A stretch of 64,000 bases of DNA from Eledone cirrhosa. Taxonomy: Eukaryota. The notes below the pieces were generated by a model, which was not told the DNA's origin, did not search any database, and saw only the letters and a list, made by a program, of their open reading frames with translations. Of this stretch, positions 56,607 to 64,000 are shown in pieces (the stretch's first letter is position 1; the number at the start of each line of letters is the position of its first letter). Location of the stretch: the NCBI GenBank assembly GCA_964016885.1, contig OZ024749.1, forward strand, positions 3,162,001 through 3,226,000, in the 5' to 3' direction. A program made the position numbers and the translations under genes.

Positions 56607-58262
56607 CCCAAGTCAACAATTCTAAGAATTGAAGGCTCACCAAATTCGTTTGATTCTGATTGAAATCTATTCCAGTCGCTACAGTGATTGTGACTCATCC
56701 GGTTCGATAAATAACCTTTAGCTAATCGATCAACTCTCATATATAATTGTTCACCCTTCTTTTGTTGCTTGGTGGATCACACACGAACAGATAAATATCT
56801 TGCACTTCATGTACTGAGATGTTAGTTCTCGTCTTTATTTTACTGACACATATTTTGTTCAATATAGCTACATTGTTGTTCAATTAAGTAATTACTAATC
56901 GTTCAGATTATATAACGAAATAATTCCAAACTAGATAATCCCGTCATTTTATAAATCTAGCTCTATATCACAATCAAGTTATATTTGTAATATTCACCAA
57001 AATATAATCTCCTCTCTATTTTATTCAATGTACATCATTTTTTTTTTCTTTCTTTGGTTTATCCAGAGTTCATTGCTGGTATATATCACACAACCTACCA
57101 TAGTGCGGGATGTATGATGAAGAGCGTTCCAACAGCGACTTCCCATTGTTTTATTCGAAATTCTGCCATCTACTTTAGGTATTGAGTACTTACATATTTA
57201 CAATGAAGGTAATTTAATATCATTTATCTCTTACAGTTGTGATCCAGCATGATCTAAAATGTAAGAATATTCCAGCTCACAAAATCCAATCTTTGTGTAT
57301 ATACATTGAGATTATTTCTTTATGGCAGATATGTTAGGTCGTGGTATAAAACGCTTCGTTATATGTCCCGAAACTTTGCCCTCTGAGATCGACTAATACA
57401 GAAGCCAAATTAGCCTTTGATCCTTTCAAGTGTTTGGTGAATCAACGGAATCAATCTTTAAATTTGATCGACTTCCGTCCGTCATACTATGTGTGTGTAA
57501 AAGGAAGGAAGGGGTTGGTAAAAAAAACAATAGGAAAACAATTTGATACGCTGTGTGTGAGATTATGTATATGTGTGTGTTTCTGTACATGTGTGTGTGT
57601 TTGTGTGTATGTAAGTGTATTTGTGTGAATGTATGTCTGTCAGTGGGTATTTTTGTAAGTGTGTGTGTGCGCGTTTATATGTTTTATATACACATACATA
57701 TAGATATATGCGTATGCACATACACACACGCACATATATATACACATGCACGTCAGCGTGCTGAAAACAATTCTAGTCGTTAACAAGTGGGATATGATGT
57801 GTTGCAGCAGTTCTTATCCGATTTCAAATCCCAGCTTCTGACATCGGAATGTGTATTCCAAACGTCGAGACAAGCTGATAACATCAGAAATGATTCACCT
57901 AATTGAAACTACGTTTCTTTTATATTTTACTTATAATTGTTTCATACAATCTCACGATTTCAGAGTGTATGATGTGATCTGAATTTGATTAACTAGTTAA
58001 TTTTTAAGTAGAGTCGTCACGTAAAGTCTCCATCGAAATCTCCCTTATTAACCAGTGTCCAGAATAGAAATGAATACAACTGAGATATTGGCAGTTTATT
58101 TTGGGAAGCCTCATATTTCCACCGCAAATTCCTAGTCCATTCCAGCTTTCAAAAACGAGTTATATATTCACAGAAAATAATCAAATTTAAAGAATCTAAT
58201 ATCACATGATTTACAGTGACGAAAATCTGTACTTGCTCAGTTCTTGCCCACTCACACTCTCT

Positions 58263-58330
<68 letters not shown>

Positions 58331-58612
58331 CTCTCTCAAACACACACACACACACACAAGACACACACACAAGACACGCACAAGATACACACACATATTC
58401 CTCGCTTAACAGGTTTCTACGAACACCTCCTCCTCCCTCACATATTATATCCCCCTCTCCTCTCTCTCTATATATATATACATATACATATATACATATG
58501 TGTGTGTGTGTGTGTATATATATACACATATTTGGCTATACATGTATACACACACATACGCACATATATATATATATATATATACATACATACATTTGTA
58601 TGTGTGTATGCA

Positions 58613-58652
<40 letters not shown>

Positions 58653-58661
58653 TAATTATTT

Positions 58662-58848
58662 GTGGATTGGCAGTATTGGTAGAGTGTCGGACGCCATGCT
58701 TTGACGCATAGAGTTACGGCCCTTGCCATTCTGAGTTCAAATCCCGCCGAGGTTAACTTTGCCTTTCATCCTTACGGGGTCGATAAAATAAAGTACCAGT
58801 AATATACTGGGTTATTGCTGGCCTTGTGCCTAACGTAGAAACAATTAT
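58662..58848 (+). mobile_element. SINE, near full length
   Basis: GTGGATTGGCAGTATTGGTAGA..GAGTTCAAATCCCGCC..GTAGAAACAATTAT. Confidence 0.9.
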
Positions 58849-59067
58849 TTATTCAAATGTTTTTATGTTTGATTATTTAATCATTTGTTTGGACGTTAAA
58901 ATATCTCACCAATGTCAACCGAGAGTCAGATTTAAATGAAAGGATATTGGATGATAGCTGATGGAAATGATCGTTTGATATAGTGACTGAATACAGAAAT
59001 AAATACCAAATAAGGCGTCAGCATATAATACTGAATTTGTTTTCATATATATGCATGTGTAGATGCA

Positions 59068-59110
<43 letters not shown>

Positions 59111-59161
59111 CCGCATATATACATACGCATCTGCCATTCGCTCTTTTTCCTCCCCATCTCG

Positions 59162-59292
<131 letters not shown>

Positions 59293-59428
59293 CTGAGAGA
59301 GAGGAGGTTTTATATAAATATATTATATATGTATATATATATATATATATATATGTATATGTATATATACATATATTTAAGTATGGGTATATATATATTG
59401 GCAACATGACCCTCCCAAAGTATAACAA

Positions 59429-59489
<61 letters not shown>

Positions 59490-59903
59490 ACATATGTAGA
59501 CGTTACATGGGATGCTGTATTGATATATGGGAATCTGACGTTAGAATTAGGATGTAATAATTGAAAGTTTCCTTTATCTAAATATATATAGCATAACACA
59601 TTGACAGGGTTCGAGAAAAATGACATAGAGGGTGAGTAGAAGAGTCAGGGAGAGAGTGAGTGAGAGAGAGTGAGAGAGTGAGAGGGGGGGGGAGTAAAAT
59701 ATATGATAAAAAATAAGGAAATCACCATTTAATATATTGTAGATTTTGACAGCAGTTGCTGGCAAATGTTAGCAAATGTTGCTACTGATACAATCTACTG
59801 GGTTATTTTCAAATTAAACATAGACGAACACAAGCTGAAATACATACATACATAAATGCACACATCCACCCCTCTCTCTCTCCCTCTCTATCTCTCTCTC
59901 TCT

Positions 59904-59962
<59 letters not shown>

Positions 59963-60811
59963 TATACATTTATGTGTGTGTGTGTATGTGCGTTTGTATA
60001 TACATATATGCACATATACATGCTATACACAGACACATATATACACGTAATATATATTTTATTAGATTGAATGCCAAATAAGATCGGGAAAGGTCGGGTT
60101 ATTAAATAAAGCATGAAGGAATTTGTTTTTCTTCCAAAAAGTAAACAATAAACAAATAAAGGATAGAAATAAATTAACAAAACAAAAAATACACCGAAAT
60201 AAAAAAAAGATATGTAGCAGATAAATATAAACTCGAACGAAAGTGGTCTGTGAAATATATAGATACTCGTGTAAATATATATTCTATAAGAATACATTTT
60301 TATGGAGAAAAATATATATAAAAAAAACAAGCAATAAGTAAGCAATGGAACGATCTCTGGCACTAAGGTGAAGACATACGCAGCAAAATATTTTTGGAGC
60401 TAAGCGCCAATTAATTCACGATTGTTATATATACACATATATCATTCCGCACTGGTTACTATTAAGACCTTCGTCCCCTGAAAACCGGTATTCTCTTCGG
60501 CAAATCTGGATGATGTCAGTGCTCATGAAGAAAGGGCTACTTCCGATGGAATTGCTGACGCAGCAGTTCCGCACTGCCTGCTGTCTGTAGCTTGCTGAAG
60601 ATTTGCAGAGATTGCTGTTGAGCTAAAAATGTAGAGTTTTCGTATGATTATTTTCTCTTTCGTTTTCGGTATTGGGCGATGGGAAATTTCTCGGTAATCT
60701 CTACGGTCCTGTCGGTTAAATTTCTTCTTGAAAATAATGATTACTTGATCATCATTGAGTGTTTGTAATAGATTTTCTCGCTAACAATATTCCCTAAAGA
60801 TTTGTATGGGC

Positions 60812-61515
60812 CTACAGCTGCATTTATCTTGCTTTATGTTCATACGAGTTATCACCAAGTCACAACCAGTGACCTCAAGAGACAACAAGGTCCGCCCTGT
60901 TCAACAAAGAACATACATACTCACACACGCATCTTTAGGTGTTTTGACTTGTGATGTACTTATATTGACGGAATCTTCCTTAGTATATGGGCAGTTCCCA
61001 TTAGTACTATCTTTTGTATTTCTCCTATACGCGGGTTCCCTGGGATTTGCGATAAGTAATCATTATACCCCTTAGGTATCATTCCCAGAGCGCCTACAAC
61101 CACTGGTATTGTTTTAGTTCTCAATTTCCACATTTTTCCAATTTCTATCTCCAGGTCCTTATACTTGCTCAATTTTTCAAATGTTTTTATAGATACATTC
61201 TTGTCTATTGGAACAGACATATCAATTAGCTGGCATACCCTCTTTTTAAACTCCTTCAGTATTGTATCATGTCTATTTATATCTATTTTTCGGTCTGTTT
61301 GGATGCTAAAATTCCACAAGATTGAGATGTGATCTTTTTCAAGTATGGGAGGTGGTTGATGCTCCCACCAATTCTTTTGATGGGGCAGGTCAAAATGCTT
61401 ACACATTATCCAATGTATGTATTGTGCAGCTCTGTCATGCCTGTTTAGGTATTGGGTTTGAGTTATAGGACTGCACATTGAAATTATATGGTCAATAGTC
61501 TCTGCATCCATTTTT
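60812..61515 (-). mobile_element. R4/Dong family A 3' fragment
   Basis: 183-aa open RLE domain, colinear with 2724-3375. Confidence 0.9.
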
Positions 61516-61535
61516 TCATTTATTTATTTATTTTA

Positions 61536-61573
<38 letters not shown>

Positions 61574-61617
61574 ATATATATATATATATATTTTTTTAAT
61601 ATGTTATTATTATTATT

Positions 61618-62021
61618 GTTGTTCTTTGAGTCTCAGTCATTGAGGCTAGTTAACTGGAAAGTTTGTTGAAATGAATATCAAGCCAATACCTGCAGCCTCA
61701 TATATTCAGGACGTATCGGAGGGTTCTTGCTCTTCCCAGCAAGTATGCCTTTTGAAGCGTTCCAAAAAGCTTGGCGGGGCCAATTTTCTTTCCATCCCTG
61801 GAAACTTTTTAAGATAGTCCCTAGTGCGCCTATGACAATCGGGACCAGTTTGACTTCATGGCAGTTCCAAATCCTTTTTACCACCCACTTTAAGTCCTGG
61901 TATCGGTTAATTTTCTCCCTCTCCTTCTCTTGCACTCTCGTGTCGAATGGGCAGGCCACATCCACTATCAGGCACGATCTTTTTTCTTTGTCCAAAACCA
62001 CCAGGTCAGGTCTATTGTGTC
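61618..62021 (-). mobile_element. R4/Dong family B 3' fragment
   Basis: NRPDLVVLDK..IVDVACPFD..EKINRYQDL..PIVIGALG; (TAA)n flanks. Confidence 0.9.
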
Positions 62022-62025
62022 ATTA

Positions 62026-62065
<40 letters not shown>

Positions 62066-64000
62066 TATTATTATTATTATTATATATATATATAGTTCTA
62101 GAGTAAACCAATCTTAAAGAGAGAGATGGACATAGGAGAGGAGAAAAGAGATGGGTAACGTCTTCCTTGTGAATTTTGTGGTCGTGTTTTGCTTAACTAA
62201 TGAATATATATGTATATATATATATATTCATCTATATACGGAGACTATTTATACTGTCTCGTTGACCACTTCAATAATTTTATTTTGTCGTGTTTGTCTT
62301 TTCTTTTTTTCTTTGTTGATTGTTTCCGGTAACTTGAAGACACATTTTGATTTGGAGAACTGAAATATTATTTTTCCTTTAAACAGGTAACGATTTAATG
62401 AGGGAAATAAAATACCAAAATATCCCATTAACTAAGACTCTTGAGAATATGTACCACGTGCTACAAAATGGCCTATTCCACTATAATTTCCTTCTCTACT
62501 TATTTGTACCACTTGAATATAGCTGCGAGACGTCATAAGCACACCACTGTACTATGTCGTTTGAATTAAGTGCTGCTATTCCTATTGGAAATGAAAATAA
62601 TTCAGATATTTTCAGTCACGTTACAAGAACAATTTCCAAGTTGCTAAATTTCAAATTGTTTGACGTTCGTACATTCGTGAAATTGGAGCATTTGCACAAA
62701 TTCTCTTTAGTACAATTTCATAGGATTCGTACCTTTGTGGTTTTAATAGTGTTGTTCTTGTAGTTTAGCCGCAAGTGAGCTGCTAAATATTAGACATAAG
62801 ATTAAGGTTATACAGTCCGTGACTATTACAGTTCTTTCGATAAATACATGCTTTTCTGTATCATTAAATTATTGCTGATGAAGTCAACGAGCTTTTAAAA
62901 TCGAATATATAAAACGTTCGAATGACATTCATGAAGATCCATGTTTTCTTCCATTGCATGGTATAATGGAAATCAAATATACTTTGCTAAATCCTTGATT
63001 CTAATAGAGCATTTTGACCCACATTTCGTCTCCGGTAACTATACTATGATTCCTAGGATCAGCACTATAGCACACTTTCCACAAGTAATTTCTATAAGGA
63101 TTATGATTAGGTTATACTTACCCGAGGAATACGAAGCCACTCATGAACGAAATTAACATATGTCTATATGTTAATTTAGTTCAGCGAGACCTTGTAATGA
63201 ACATATATTTTAAACACGGATCGGTATGATGTTAAGCAAGAGTTGCTCGGTGTTTATTTGTTTTAGAAGTTTCTGTCTACTAAACCCAAATTGCCAGTTA
63301 TATATAAGCCCGAGGTTATGGTATTAAACACTTGCTTAAGACATATTCAATTGTATTGATAAGCCATCACACTCTAGTTATTCAACATTGACGTAAACTT
63401 TTTACTTTCTTTCTGCTCTTATTTTCCAAATTTAACTCCTATAAAAATACCCTTTAAAAGTATAGGATGTATAAGACATATTTCTTGCTGTTGCCAAAAT
63501 GTAATATTGAGGTTACTTTATGACCACGACTGTTTTCGACATGCCAAGATGTGACAATTTTGTTAAAATGGTTCGGAAGCTATTTGCAGTTACAACCACT
63601 ATTTTATTATTTTCGCAGCGAAACTAAATAACTTTTTAAACATACTTCCAAGCTGTAATAACCGTTAAATAAACTGTCATACACAGGTAATTTATGACGA
63701 TGGTGCATGTCGTTTCAAATTATTACTTTATCGGTCCAATATGGTTGTATAATTGGAAATTGTGCGTATTTTCTTTTCATTTCTTTAGATATTCATTTTG
63801 CGTTCGACTCCGAAGGACATAAAGAGATAGGGAGTATATATATAAGAAAGTGTAAAAACAAAAAGAAACAACTAATAAGAACTAGTAGAGAATGTATTAG
63901 ATAGCAATAATTGATGTCATGTCTGTGATGTTATATGTGGGATACAAAAATACAACAAAGCTAGGCAAGGTGAAAGATCACTATTTAAATATATATATAT

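Noticed and set aside
55407-56643. 340-380 aa poly-N, poly-L, poly-V or T-rich ORFs as genes
   Set aside because: Open in four frames only because the 18-bp repeat lacks stops; no gene structure

Overview
AT-rich, microsatellite-dense eukaryotic intergenic or intronic DNA with no host gene I can support. The tRNA-derived SINE family and the repeat landscape suggest an octopus/cephalopod genome (inference). Almost all interpretable sequence is decayed transposon: Tx1/L1-clade LINEs (several internally deleted), R4/Dong-type RLE LINE 3' ends in (TAA)n tracts, RTE fragments, about 13 SINE copies, hAT MITEs, Helitron-type pieces and Penelope-like elements (PLEs, GIY-YIG endonuclease). The main signal the ORF track does not show is a dense set of about a dozen type-I hammerhead ribozyme (HHR) motifs from several unrelated repeat families. 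Many have palindromic helix III and some have 90-110 nt helix II insertions. They sit in PLE terminal repeats and in short non-coding foldback elements inserted in (TA)n, and in one case the inversion breakpoint lies 5 nt from the predicted cleavage site. All structures were folded by eye and none is experimentally verified. Most long ORFs in the track are microsatellite artefacts.
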